From Squalus acanthias (Eukaryota), in the NCBI GenBank assembly GCA_030390025.1, contig CM059433.1:29018001-29082000 (forward strand): 64,000 nt of DNA, in the 5' to 3' direction. How positions within the stretch are numbered: the stretch's first letter is position 1; every line of letters begins with the position of its first letter. Both the position numbers and the translations under genes were made by a program. Of this stretch, positions 37,946 to 52,900 are shown in pieces. The notes under the pieces were generated by a model. That model was not told where the DNA came from, did not search any database, and saw only the letters and a list, made by a program, of their open reading frames with translations.

Positions 37946-40900
37946 TTATGTAAAATCAACGTAATTTGGTTTTATGCAAATTTGCTGACAAATGGGAGGG
38001 CGGTTTAGACACATCTTATTTGGCATTGGTTTAACCTGCTTTAGGACTTTGCTGTCACTGAAGAAAGAGCAAAGTGTACATCGCCCCTTCCCAGCAGGGT
38101 CCAGGCATTCATCAACATGGTACTCATTTGAATCAGTAATCGGGACAGGTGCGACTTTTATCTTCTGGAAGATCCCTTCTTGAGCACTGCAAAGATATAA
38201 ATCACTGAAAGCAATACAAGAGGAGTTTCCCCTGAGCTTTATGACATTTTGTGATGTCATATAAAGCCACAACCTGCCCTAGGTATTGCTGATGAAAGCA
38301 AAATACAGTCTGTTCGTTCCTGATTACACTGCAACGCTCCAAAGCATCTGAAATGCATGTCACAGCAACCCGAATAACTACTTTAAAGAGCCACTGATAG
38401 CAGCAAGAGTCCTTGGTTGTTATCAGGTTCACTCCGATCCCCCTTCTTGTGGATAGAAACCACAACTGTGTTGTGGAATACCGAGGGAATGTGTGCCTCA
38501 AACAGGACCCCATAAATTAGCCTCAGAGGAGTCAGCGCCAAGGAAGTCATTGGCTGCTGGCATGGTTGTACAGAGCCATTACCATTAGCGCCCAACCCTT
38601 GCCAGTGAAACACTGATGGTTGGTATGTATGAACTTTATAGCACAGTTATGAAGAATTTTCTTTTTAATTTCTTACCTGCTAGATTTACAAGGATGATAC
38701 CAGAACTGGGAGGGTACAAATATCAGGAAAGACTGAACAAGCTGGGGCTCTTTTATCTAGAAAAGAGAAGACTGAGAGGTGACCTGATTGAGGTCATTAA
38801 AATTATGAAGGGGTTTGATAGGGTAGACGTAGAGAAAATGTTTCCAATTGTGAGGGAGGCCGAAACTAGTGGTCATAAATATAAGATAGTCACTAATAAA
38901 TCCAATAGGGAATTCAGGAGAAACTTCTTTACCCAGAGAGTGGTGAGAATGTGGAACTCGCTACCACGGAGTGGTTGAGACGAACAGCATAGATGCATTT
39001 AAAGGGAAGTTAAATAAGTACAGGAGGGAGAATGGAATAGAAGATGTTGACAGGGGGAGATGAAGTACGATGGGAGGAGGCTCATGTGGAGCATAAACAC
39101 TGGAACAGACCAGTTTGGTGCTGTAAATTCTGTGTAATGCCGCTGGATGCCAATCATGACCCATACGCACAAACAAGCAAGCTCCGCTTATGTTCGGAAG
39201 AGAAATGTGGGGCATTCTGGGTGGCCTCAGCAGAGGGGCGAGAGGCTGTACAGAACGCACTAGTCTTTGTCAGAAAATGCTGACACAACTGAGCAACCAC
39301 TGACTGGCATGAAGCACTGACAGGTGGCATGTATACAGTCCAAGTAATGAACTTGGGAAAGTCATGGGGGAAAAATTGGGTTGCTTTGCGTCTCCCGTTA
39401 ACGCCCCCTCGGGGGGTGCAAAGCACCTAGTGCCCGGGCGCGTCGCCGCTAATGCCTCCCGCGAAATTCTGCATGGTGCTGTTGCACGTAGCGCCGCGAT
39501 ATTGAATGGTAGCGCCCCAAGAGTGAGGGGGAGTGCCTCCAGTAGCGCCCCGCCTCCTGCTTGGGGCGCTACCATTTAATTTCTGCCACGGGGGTGCTAA
39601 CTTTTTCGGGGCGCTAAAAGTAGTGCCCCGGTGAAGTTAGCGCCCCAAAGGGGGCGCGACCCAATTTTTCCCCCATGGTCTATAGGACTAGTACCACAGC
39701 ACTTACATACTAAAATCCCACCACTTCTTAAAGCAGATTTGAATAGATTCGTTCCGAAGCATCAATGTTGATTAAACCAACCAACGATGAGGAGACAATC
39801 GCTATATCGGCATCAAGTGGTTAAAGAATGCTGGCTTTATTTTGAATACCTGTTTTTGTTATCCCATTTGTTTTTGTGGCAACTTTAGCATAGAGGTTGC
39901 CTCTTCACAAGAGGTCCCATACTTCCTTTTTATGGATTAATGTAAGGACAGAAGAGACAGCTCTCAGAATAACCCTGCACAGTATGAAGAATCAGCCTGT
40001 CGTCAGGAAAATCGTGAGCCAATGCAGCAGGCAAAACTCCGCGTGTGCGCAGCGAACAGCAAAGCACGATGGGGCAACCTTCGGAGAGGGCCCAGGAACA
40101 GCAGGAAGAGCTTATTTATCAGCTAAGGGGACAGAATTCAGTAAACCCTAAATAGTTGGCAGGCTGATTGGACCAAGCTGTCTGTCCTAGAACCACAATG
40201 CCTGCCCGTTTGTGAAGCTTTATTTGTTGTGTATTGATCAGTAGGGTTCAATAGTATTGAGAAGATGAGCTGGTCTGAACCCCTAATCGTCACCTACGGT
40301 TTTCGCACGGGAAACGATTTCACAGTCGTTCAGAATCAGTAACTATGATTAGGAGGCGCAATGCTGCTAATCTGTCGCGAAGCAATGACTGGCATCTTCT
40401 CACGAAGCTCGGGGTTATTCAGAGCTCAGGTACCAGCGCTCTGCTTCTCTCTGCCTGACCACTGAGCAAGTTTGGGAATAGGTGTTTGGCTATCCGATGA
40501 GTGGATCGTGCTGTGCTGAACATACAGATGGTGTCAGCTGTGGCTCAGTGGGTAGCACTCTCGCCTCTCAATCAGATGGTTTGTGGCTTCAAGTCCCACT
40601 CCAGAGACTTGAGCACACAATCTAGGCTGGCACTCCAGTGCAGTACTGAGGCACTGCTGCCTTTTGGATGAGACGTTAAACCGAGGCCCTGTCTCCCCTC
40701 TCAGGGGAACGTAAAAGATCCCATGGCACTCTTCTGAAGAAAGGCAGGGGAGTTCTCCCCGGTGCCCTGACTGATATTTATCCCTCAACCAACATCGCTA
40801 AAACAGATTATCTGATTATTATCACATGGCTGTCTGTGGGAGCTTGCTGTGCTACATTACAACAGTGACTACACTTCAAAAAGTACTTAATTGACTGTAA

Positions 40901-43900
40901 AGCACTTTGGGACGTCCTGAGGTCGTGAAGGGCGTTCTTTCTTTACAGTGACCAGGTGGTGTAGCGTTCAACACAAACTCTGTTCAGTGACACTTTAAAC
41001 ACGTTTCTGCTTAAAATGAGGGCTCTAAATGTTTAAAGCGCTGCTGAGCGGAGCCGGCTGTGAATGCAACACCAGCTGGTGACTGTGTATTCAATAGCAC
41101 GCATTCTGCCCACCAAGCACTTCAAACATTTAGAACCCTCATTTTAAAGAAGAGTGTGTTTGTAAAGTGGCATTGAGCAGAGCATGTGTTGTTGTATGCA
41201 AAGTAAATCAGCTGCTTTACACCCAGCGACACACTCCACTCGCCAGCAGCTAGATACTGGTGTAAGGTAAAGGGCTTTTCTGGTGAAAGTTAGCATGGCC
41301 ATTTCGGTGATGAACTTTGGACTCATTGTCGAATGCAAAAAAAAGCCTGTAAGTTGTTGTCACTTAAACACAAATCACTGCATCAGCAAAATGAGAGAAG
41401 ATCCCCCCCGCCCCCCTTATATGGTAGTCGGAAGCCATAAGACTAAGCCAAAGAATATTGCCTTAATAGATATCCAGTAGGCTCGCCTCAAAACTGTATA
41501 GAAAGGAGAACGAACTGTGCGATCATCAGGAGAGACAACAGACGAAGAGGATAAATTGCTTAGGTAGACACTCACGGTCTCCCCAGAACAACCGTCTGGT
41601 CAATCTGCTTTCTGAACTGTGTTCCACAGTTGTGAGCATTGCTTAGAGATGTTGCCTACTGCTGTCTGGCAATCGAATAAAATGCTTAGTAATCTTGATA
41701 CCATTATTTCCGCTCGAGGTTAGAACTAGTAATAAGGTTATTTCCCTAAACATTGAGACAAACAAAATTAATAAATAATCCTGGTGTTGAAATACATTTA
41801 GCATTTGGCAGTCTCGGATCAAATCTGTTATGGAGGGGAGATTTTCCTGGAATGCCTGGGCACAGCGAATGCTGGGAAATGGGAGCTCGTCAGAGCGCCG
41901 CATGTAAAAGAACTCCCCCCCTACTTTCCTTCTATTGATTTGAAACTGGACAGGTTCCTTTACAGAATCGCACTCCAACCCACCCACTTTTTTCAAGTTT
42001 CGCTCTGCCAATGCGTCTAGGTGCAGAGCTAGGAAATTCTCCCCGATAATGACCAAATTTAGACCTGACCAAATGAGACATGATAACCTTAGGGTTCCCA
42101 ACTCTCCAGGATTGGCCTGGAGTCTCCAGGAAATAAAGACTAGTCTCCAGGACACTGCTGCGAGCAACACCCAGCAGAAAAATCATCGGGAGCATTAAAA
42201 AAACAATTATGTTTAAAAATAAATTCTTTGAACACTTTTGTTTATTAGTTATAAAAATACTGGCGAAGGGATAAAAAGGCTGTTTGACTGACAGTCAAGC
42301 ATCATCCAATTGGGTAATTAAGAGTCTGTTGGCTTTCCAATTGGCCTGGGAAGGCGGGACACCGTGAGGATGGACATGTCAGGTGACCAATGGCGGGAGT
42401 GAGGGGGCCGGGCGGTTGGGGGTATGCGGTCATGTGATGAAACCTCCAGGAATACGTCCAACCAGAGTTGGCAACCCTACCCTCATTAGCATATGCAAGG
42501 GGCCGAAGCCACGGACGCCTGAAAAATAGTTCAACACAATCAAGTCAAACATCTTCCAGGGGTCCTCGGGACGCAGGAGCTTGGCCCCCTGAAATTGGCC
42601 CTTGTTCTATCGGTTAAAACGGTCTAATTTCCACCCCTATATTCTGAGCTGAATCAGAAACTAAGATGGCAGTTTGAAATCAGTTTGTAAAAAGTTAGTG
42701 GTGTAATTGGTTTGCTGCATGCAAGGTTCTGCAACCAAACTGGTACCTTCAAAATTAAAAGAAAAATTGAGCAATTGAATTCGGGTCTTGGTTCAGTGGT
42801 GTCAGTCCCACCTGCAAGTGGACTGATTGCCTTACTTTTGTTGAATTCCCACTGTCCTATATCTACTAGTAGGGTGTCAGCTGTGGCTCAGTGGGTAGCA
42901 CTCTCGCCTCTGATCTAAGCATGGTTGTGGGTTCAAGTCCCAATCCAGGCTGACGCTCCAGTGGCAGTACTGAGGGAGTGCTGCACTGTTGGAGGTGCCG
43001 TCTTTTGGATTAGATGTTAAACCTCTCAGGTGGACGTAAAAGGTTCCATGACACTATTTGAAGACGATCTCCCCTGGTGTCCTGGCCAATATTTATCCCT
43101 CAACCAACATCACTAAAACCATTTACAGTATTTGGCCATTTATCTCACTGCTGTTTGTGAGATCTTACTGTGTGCAAATTGGTTGCCACATTTTCTACAT
43201 TACAATAACGACTACACTTCAATTAATGGGGTGCGCAGGGCTTTGGGGCATCCTGAGGTCATGAAAGGCGCTATATAAATACAAGTCCTTTCTTCTTTCT
43301 GTTTAATTTAATGCCATCATAATCTTAAATGCACATTTTATGTTAAGTTCGGGAAAGTAACATCACATACCCGGAGATAATTCAAGGAAAACAATGGCCC
43401 GGATTTTGCATTGAAAATAACTGTGAGGCTATCAGCGCTCACCATTATTATGGAGTAAATTGGACAGCAACTTCCAGAGTCCGCACATGAGCAGTTAAAC
43501 ACAGAAATCAGGAAGTTGCTGTTCGAGTTACCCTGCTCATCCAAAAGCTTCGCTACACCAGTACCTCATCGAGAGACTCGCCATTGAAATACATGTAAGT
43601 TACAGTACTTACCACTAGTTACCCACTAAACACACCAGAAAAAGTTGGGACTTGTCCATTCAACTGTAAGTGAATTTTTAACAGCGTGATAAGTCTCAAT
43701 TACTACCAAACAACCTCTTTGGCACTGAAAATTTAATTTTACAATGGTGGAGTCTCATTCTTTCAGAATTTAATTATTGTTGGAGATATAAAAAATAAAA
43801 ATAAAAATAAGTTTTTTGCAACTTTTTCTTTGTGTCTCTTTTCTCTCTCTCATGATCCCAGCTTTCTTTCCCTCTTTTTATTTCACTGTCTGTACAGGAT

Positions 43901-46900
43901 TTTATATTGAATTAAATATTCTTATTTATACTTCCTGGTTTAGACTCTGCGTGCCTCAGTGAGGATTCTTCAATCTGTCTGGTTGAAAAGACACACTGGG
44001 CTAGAAATTCATTATAGCCCAGGAATGGGCGGTGTCATTAGAAAAGTTTGAGAATTAGTGCCAGACGCTAATGCTTTAGACTGCACGCAAAATTCATTCT
44101 CACTGCTCAAAGAAATGATTGGAGCGCTAATTCAAGTCTTAAAGGCCGAGCTCATTGGCGTTACACTTAAAGGGAGGAGCAATATCGGGTGCAGTCTAAT
44201 CGCAAGTCATCATTGCCACAGGCTTTTCCCAGTACTTTTAAAGGGGAGGTTCATTGATACTGCAGCACCTCATCCTCAGCATTGCTGGCTGTGCAGCTGC
44301 CTCAGCAAGGAGAAGCACAACAAGGAGAAGGAGCCGAGGACTGAAGCAGGTGTGCTCATGGCAGATCCACCTCAGTCGGGTGGTCAGGGTGATTGAATGC
44401 TTCAACAAATGCTACATACCACCATCTGTACCACAAGCTTCACACACTGCCCAAAGCACCACACCCCCAGTGCTCACCCACCCACAATCTCTATCTACCA
44501 ACACTCACACCCACATCTCACATCTTGCACACATGACAGCTATTCAACTATGGGAGGCACAAGGGTCATTAGTTATTAGAATGAATGTGCTATGTATGAT
44601 ATGCTTATGCATAAATTTATTAATGGAGTTTACAATATTTTGTGGTCTCTCTCATTTCACCTTTGCGCCCAGCAGGACGCTGTGATATGGCATGACACAG
44701 GGATGGTATGATGGGCATGTGGTGAGCAAAAGGGATCTGGGGTTTAAGTCAACCTGGTGTGAGGCTGGAGGTCTGTTTGGAGGAGGTGGCAGAGTTCTGT
44801 GATCACCACCTTGGTGATGTATTAGCCGCCTAATACACTGCTCCTCGCTTAATTGAAGGTAGGAGAAGTGCTGTCGGAATACCCTCGGAGAGTAAGGCTT
44901 CCTGGTGAGAGCCCTGATGTCCCTCCTCATCCTCTGCGCACATGTTCCCATATTTCTCGCTGCCTACACTCCCTCCGCCATAGATCCTGGAGGGCTAGGA
45001 GGCATGCCGGTACAGCCCCCATTAATGTTGCCAAGTGTTACAGTTTGAATCTTTGAACAATAAATGTAGCTACTTTGTAGTTGCCAGAAGACTGCTGATA
45101 CAAAGGAAACTTACAATTACTCATAGGAACTGTTCTAGTGGGTGAAACTGACAACCATTGAAATTAACCTGCCCTGACAGCTGGGAGTGATTAATGCCTT
45201 TAAATAAGGTTGCTGGAGCCGGCTTCCTGGAGCTGCACACCTAGCTCTCCCTGTCACTGTCTGGTTGAGGCGCTAAGGTAAGTGACGACAATTAATTCTC
45301 CAGATCGGGCGGCCAGTGAGCGTTGCACGCTGACTGACATCACGATCTGCCTGGCGTTGAAGTCCACGGCGTCACCTTGTACCGGCGGCGCAACGGGGGG
45401 CCGGATCTGCTGTGTGTCGCTGGATTCGCCTCGCCCCGGTGCTACTGCATCAGCGCCCCGTTACCACCATCTGCTGACGCTAACGGGAGGCGCTAAGGTA
45501 CCGAATTTCCCCCCCACTGTTCCTTGCCCTGCTCACACATGCCACAGATTCCCTGTAGAGGGTGCTGCGCTGGAAATGATCTTGAAATATCGCAAGTTGC
45601 CACTCAAAAGCCTGCAAAAAGTCTGTGGGCAGCTGCAAGCGTGATGAATGGCGAGCGCCGTTCCTTTGCCACTGACCACAAAATCCGGGCCATTGTGTTT
45701 AAGAGTAGCGATAAAAAAACTGCTGTTATATTAGACAATGAGTAACAACACAGTTTCAATGCAATTTCTTCATGCATGAAGTGCAGTCGTAGTACATATA
45801 CCTCAACACAACTACTTTTATTTATGGAGAATAGCACCAAAATGTGGCAATAGAATGCTGCTCACTTATTATGCAGGAATATAAATCATCATAAGTCTAT
45901 TGGCAGAAGTGGAACTCCTGTTATGCCAAGATTTGTGGTGCTGGTTATGGATCAATAGAGAGTTTTGTTACAGAGAATAACATGATGGACCTAATGTCAC
46001 CAAAAAGGCAACGTGCCAGTTCACTGAACGATGGACGTCTAATTCTGGGGCTCACACAAAACAGAGCTGGCAAGCCTGCTTTACTACTTGGCTGGTGCTG
46101 AAACTTCCCGGCTTGAATGATTCCCAGAGAGGCACCTGGGACGGGAAAGGATGCTGATCCACGTTACTCCCAATGGAGCTGCCCCCTTACAGATCTCATT
46201 GCTGGCCAGGCCCTCTCCCCAGACTCTGGAGATCCAAAATGATGGGCTTACACAGGGAAAAGAAAAGAGACTTTATAACCTCCTACAAAATAGACATTAG
46301 AAGAAAAAATTAACTCACTTGGGCAATGCGCCATCATTCTGTATCATATACTTTAGAATATTTATTGCAGTGAGTCTTTTAATAACTAGTTAAACCCACA
46401 TTGACCCAAAATGATTGCAATGCATACTCACTAGCCACAAACAATAAACATTCTCATTGCAACCAAATTGGAGAGATTGGTTGCAAATGGCTCAGGTATT
46501 TGACAGATGCAATTGGTTGAATTATCATAAGCACTATTAGGATATCGCATTTTGCATGTCTCCAGAACTGAAAGACCGCCTATATAAGACAATGGCCCAT
46601 GCCAATAGCATGCCATCACCGGATGTTGGAGGTCCATGTGTGTGAGGATGTTCATGAGGACAAGAATGGGTTCAGCTGTGATGCCCCACCCCTCCCCACA
46701 GATGAATATGCCCCAATGTCACTCTGTCCAGGCTCACACTCCAGCATGGAGAAGGTCTCTACTTGCTGCCCGCTGTACTGCCGCACAAGTTGCTGATTTC
46801 AGAAGGAGTAAGTGGAGACGGAGAGAGACTAGAGAAGAGGAAATGCAAGGAGTATAGCGAACAAGGCAGATGAGCTGAGGGCACAGGTAGATACTTGGGA

Positions 46901-49900
46901 CTATGATATTATAGCTATTACAGAGGCGTGGCTGAAAGAGGGGCAGCTCAACATTACAGGATTTTCAGACGGGATAGAGAGGGAGGTAAAAAGGGAGGGG
47001 GGGTCGCGGTGTTGATTACAGAAACTATTACAGCTGTGAGGAGGGATGATATGTTGGAGGGATCATCAAACGAGGCCATATGGGTCGAATTGAAAAACAA
47101 AAAAGGGGCGGTCACACTGCTGGGAGTGTACTATAGACCCCCAAACAGTGAGAGGGAGATAGAAGAGCAAATATGTAGACAAATTTCTGAGAAGTGCAAA
47201 AACTATAGGGCAGTAATAGTAGGGATTTCAACTACCCCAATATTAACTGGGATAAAATTAGTGTGAAGGGTATAGAGGGTGCGGAATTCCTAAAATGCAT
47301 CCAGGAGAACTTTTTTAGCCAGTATGTAGCAAGCCCAACAAGGGAGGAGGCGGTTCTGGGCTTAGTTTTAGGGAATGAAGCTGGGCAGGTAGAAGGCATA
47401 TCAGTGGGGGAGCATTTTGGTGCTAGTGACCATAATTCTGTTAGATTTAAGGTAGTTATGGAAAAGGACAAGGGTAGACCAGGAATAAAAATTCTAAATT
47501 GGGGAAAAGCAAATTTTGCTAAGCTCAGAGGGGATTTAGCCATAGTGGACTGGAAACAGCTACTTGAAGGTAAATCAGTGTCAGAGCAGTGGGAGGCATT
47601 CAAGGAGGAGATCCGGAGCGTTCAGACGAAATATGTGCCCTTAAAGAAAAAAGGTGGGACTAATAAATCTAGAGTCCCCTGGATGTCTAGGGACATACAG
47701 GGTAGGATAAAGAAAAAAAAGGAGGCGTGTGACAGATACCGAGGGCTACATACTCCAGAATCTTTAGAGGAGTACAGAAAGTGCAGGGGTGCAATTAAAA
47801 AGGGTATTAGGAAAGCAAAGAGAGAGCATGAAAAATTCTTGGCAAGTAAAATCAAGGAAAACCCAAAGATGTTTTATAAATATATTAAAAGTAAGAGGAT
47901 AACTAAAGAAAGGGTTGGGCCTATTAGAGATCATGAGGGTAATCTGTGTGTGGAGGCGGGAGACGTCGGTAGGGTTCTTAATGAATACTTTGCATCTGTT
48001 TTCACAAATGAGAGGGGCGAAGCAGACATTGCTATCAGGGAGGAGGAGTGTGAAATATTAGATGAAATAAACATAGTGAGAGAGGAAGTATTAAGGGGTT
48101 TAGCAGCTTTAAACGTGGGTAAATCCCCAGGCCCAGATGAAATGTATCCCAGGCTGTTAAGCGAAGCAAAAGAGGAAATAGCAGAGGTCCTGACCATCAT
48201 TTTCCAATCCTCTCTGACTTCAGGTGTGGTGCCGGAGGACTGGAGGACTGCTAATGTGGTACCCTTGTTTAAAAAGGGAGAAAAGGATAGACCGAGTAAT
48301 TATAGGCCAGTCAGCCTAACCTCGGTGGTGGGAAATTCTTGGAAAAATTCTGAAGGACAGGATAAATCTTCATTTAGAAAGACACGGATTAATCAAGGAT
48401 AGTCAGCACGGATTTGTTACGGGAAGATCGTGTCTGACAAACTTGATTGAATTTTTTGAGGAGGTAACAAGGAGGGTAGATGAGGGTAGTGCATTTGATG
48501 TAGTGTATATGGACTTTAGCAAGGCTTTTGATAAGGTTCCACATGGCAGACTGGTCACGAAGTTAAAAGCCCATGGGATCCAGGGCAAAGTGTCAAGTTG
48601 GATTCAAAACTGGCTCGGAGGCAGGAAACAGAGGGTAATGGTTGATGGGTGTTTTTGTGACTGGAAGGCTGTCTCCAGTGGGGTTCTGCAGGGCTCAGTA
48701 CTAGGTCCCTTGCTTTTTGTTGTATATATCAATGATCTAGACTTGAATATAGGGGGTATGATTTAGAAGTTTGTAGATGATACTAAAATCGGCTGTGTGG
48801 TTGATACTGAAGAAGGAAGCTGTAGACTGCAGGAAGATATCAATAAATTGGTCAGGTGGGCAGAACAGTGGCAAATGGAATTCAATCCGGAGAAGTGTGA
48901 GGTAATGCATTTGGGGAGGGCCAGCAAGGAAAGGGAATACACATTAAATGGTAGGACACTGAGTAGTGTAGAGGAACAAAGGGACCTTGGAGTGCATGTC
49001 CACAGATCCCTGAAGGTAGCAGGCCAGGTAGATAAGGTGGTTAAGAAGGCATACGGAATGCTTGCCTTTATTAGCCGTGGCATAGAATACAAGAGCAGGG
49101 GGGTTATGCTTCAACTGTATAAAACACTAGTTAGGCCTCAGCTAGAGTACTGCGTGCAGTTCTGGTCACCACATTACAAGAAAGATGTGATTGCACTGGA
49201 GAGGGTACAGAGGAGATTTACAAGGATGTTGCTGGGAGTAGAGAATCTTAGCTATGAGGAAAGACTGCATAGGCTGGGTTTGTTTTCCTTGGAACAGAGG
49301 AGGCTGAGGGGAGATCTTATTGAGGTGTATAAAATTATGAGGGGCCTAGATAAAGTGGATAGAAAGGACCTACTTCCCTTAGTAGAGGGGTCAAAAACCA
49401 TGGGGCACAGATTTAAAGTAATTGGTGGAAGGTTTAGAGGGGATTTGAGGGGAAATTTCTTCACCCAGAGGGTTGTGGGGGTCTGGAACTCACTGCCTGA
49501 AAGGGTGGTAGAGGCAGGAACCTTAACCACATTTAAAAAGTACTTGGATGTGCACTTGGGAAGCTCTAACCTGCAGGGCTACGGACCAAGAGCTGGGAAG
49601 TGGGATTAGGCTGGATAGCTCTTTGTTGGCCGGTGCGGACACGATGGGCCGAAATGGCCTCCTACCGTGTTGTAACTTTCTACGATTCTTTCTATGAAAC
49701 TCCTCTGTTACTTTCTCAACTGCCACCAACAGTTCAGCTTTTTGTAGAATTTGTGGGAAGGCAAGTGCAGCAGGCAGTCAAGAAAGCAAATGGCATGATG
49801 GCCTTCATAGCAAGGGGATTTGAGTACAGGAGTAGGGAGGTGATGCTACAGTTGTACAGGGCCTTGGTGAGGCCACACCTGGAGTATTGTGTGCAGTTTT

Positions 49901-52900
49901 GGTCTCCTAACTTGAGGAAGGATATTCTTGCTATTGAGGGAGTGCAACGAAGGTTCACTAGATTGATTCCTGGGATGGCCAGACTGACATATCAAGAAAG
50001 ACTGGATCATCTGAACTTGTATCCTCTGGAGTTCAGAAGAATGAGGGGAGATCTTATAGAGACGTTTAAAATCCTGACTGGTTTAGACAAATTAGATGCG
50101 GGCAGAATGTTTCCAATGTTAGGGAAAACTAAAACCAGGGGTCACAGTCTAAGGATAAAGGGGAAGCCATTTAAGACTAAGATGAGGAGGAACTTCTCCA
50201 CCCAGAGAGTGGTGAATCTGTGGAATTCTCTACCACAGAAGGTTGTTGAGGCCAGTTCGCTAAATATATTCAAAAGGGAGTTAGATATAATACTCACAAC
50301 TAGGGGGATCAAGGGGTATGGCGAGAAAGCAGGAATGGGGTACTGAGGTAGCATGTTCAGCCATGAACGCATTGAATGGCGGTGCAGGCTCGAAGGACCG
50401 AATGGTCTACTCCTGTACCTATTTTCGATGTTTCTATGTTTCTATAGAATGTGCAGCACAGAAACAGGCCTAACTGGTCCATGTTCCACACGAGCCTCCT
50501 CCCACCCATCTTCATCTGACCCGACCAGCATAACCCTCTATTCCTTTCTCCCTCTTGTGTTTATCTAGCTTCCCCTTAAATGCATCTATGCAATTCGCCT
50601 CCACTACTCCAAGTGGTAGCGAGTTCCACGTTCTCACCACTCTCTGGGTGAAGAAGTTGGTTTACCCTGAAGCTTGTCACTGTTTCACACAAAAAAAACA
50701 GATTTCTCCACTGGCGTTGGAAGTTGTCAGTGACAAAGAATCGGGCAGTTGGAAGGCAGGACTAGAGCATGTCAGAATCAATCAGATTGGTTGGAGAGTA
50801 GAGTTGAAATATTGCTTGAGCCAACCAGACTTCACTCTCACCCCAGGCGCACAGGTAGTGAAGTTTCCAGATGAGCTGACAAGTCCCAGTTACAGGTATG
50901 TTCATTTAATATACTATATTCGCTGCTCACGACGTGGTCTCCTCTACATTGGGGAGACCAAACACAGATTGAGAGAGCGCTTTGCTGAACACCACCGTTC
51001 GGTCTGCAAGCGTGACCTCAAGCTTCCAATCGCCTGTCATTTTAATTCTCCGTCCCACTCCCACTCTGACCTCTCTGTCCTCGGCCTCCTACACTGTTCC
51101 AATGAAGCTCAATGGAAGCTCAAGGAACAGCACCTCCTCTTTCGATTAGGCACTTTACAGCCTTCCGGACCCAACATCGAGTTTAACAATTTCAGATCAG
51201 AACCACTGCTCCCATTTTTTTCAGACAGCAGGTGCTGGTAATGGTTGTGCTGTTGATTTAATCACTTCCTGTCTTCCACCCTATCACAAACCTTCCCTCT
51301 TGTTCTTTCCTCCCCCCTCCCCCTACCTCTGTACTTGCTTAAAACCTGTTACATCTCAAACTTTTTCCAGTTCTGGCGAAGGGCTACAGACCTGAAACAT
51401 TAACTCTGTTTCTCTCTCTCCACAGATGCAGCCTGGCCTGCTGAGCCTTCCCAGCATTTTCTGTTTCTATGTTTATTTAGTATTAAAATTATAAGTCATG
51501 AAATATTCTGCTTTTGAAAACTTTTCATTTTCCTCAAAAGGAACTTTCTGGAGGAGAGGGAGGATGCAGGAGTTGCCCAGCTGTTGTCTTAAGAACATAA
51601 GAAGTAAGAGCAGGAGTAGGCCATACGGCCCCTCGAGCCTGCTCCGCCATTCAATAAGATCATGGCTGATCATTGACCTCAACTCCACTTTCCCGCCCGA
51701 TCTCCATATCCCTTGATTCCCCTAGAGTCCAAAAATCTATCTATCTCAGCCTTGAATATAGTCAAAGACTCAGCATTCACAGCCCTCTGGGGCAGAGAAT
51801 TCCAAAGATTCACAACCCTCTGAGTGAAGAAATTCCTCCTCATCTCAGTCTTAAATGGCCTATCCCTTATCCTGAGACTATGCCCCCTAGTTCTAGACAC
51901 TCCAGCCAGGGGAAACAACCTCTCAGCATCTACCCTGTCAATCCCCTTCAGAATCTTCTATGTTTCAATGAGATCACCTCTCATTCTTCTAAACTCCAGA
52001 GAGTATAGGCCCATTCTACACAATCTCTCATCATAGGACAGCCCTCTCATCCCAGGAATCAATCTAGTGAACCTTCATTGCACCGCCTCCAAGGTAAGTA
52101 TATCCTTCCTCAGATAAGGAGACCAGAACTGTGCACAGTACTCCAGGTGTGGTCTCACCAAGGCCCTGTACAATTGTAGCAAGACTTCCTTACTCTTATA
52201 CTCCAACCCCCTTGCAATAAAAGCCAACATGCCATTTGCCTTCCTTATTGCTTGCTGTACCTGCATGCTAGCTTTCTGTGCTGTGTGAAGGTTTCTTTTC
52301 AAGTCTAGTTGCAGCTGCATTTTGGGGTTAATAAGGATGTACCCTGGTGCGAATACAATGAACTGTTTTTTGCCAGGGGTTTGGAAATAAAAGCAGGCAG
52401 TGGGGGTTGGAGTGATGATTACTGAGAAGCCCAGATTCTGGACTTTCCTCAGTGCTGCGTGATGTGGACCATTGGCCTGATGGTGGACGCGTTGTAGATC
52501 CAGTTATATTCTGCAACCTCGCAAGCCAATTTAATTTGTTTCTGCACTTGTGGCGGGAATTCCTTTGTTGCCACCCAATAACCTGCAAGACAGCCTGCAC
52601 CATCCATATTACAGCAGTCATCATCCACTGGGAAATGTGAGGAATGACATTAATATAATCAATTAAGAGTATAATAGGTTGCAAACCCTAGACTGGAGGC
52701 AGTTAGTCAGGTCCACTTGAGAGCACAATGTTCAGCTTCTCCCCCCACCCCCCGGCTGTTCTTGCAAAGAAAAAATGGTTTTCGTTTTTATTTTAATGAT
52801 TGCAGTGTGTAATTTCCATCACAAGCAAATAAACCTTTTGGACAGGGTACAAGAGCAATATAGGTTAGAAATGCTGTTGGCAGTAGTGGATGGATGCTTA

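Noticed and set aside
40530..40610. tRNA gene-like A/B boxes (also in the other SINE copies)
   Set aside because: They are SINE heads continuing into the shared core and tail.
41575..41745. Minus-strand exon-like segment ending in gtgagt
   Set aside because: No open frame across it; could only be non-coding.
46432..46567. Resemblance of the candidate protein to IL-7 or ENDOD1 motifs
   Set aside because: Only a few residues match; not enough to assign a family without a search.
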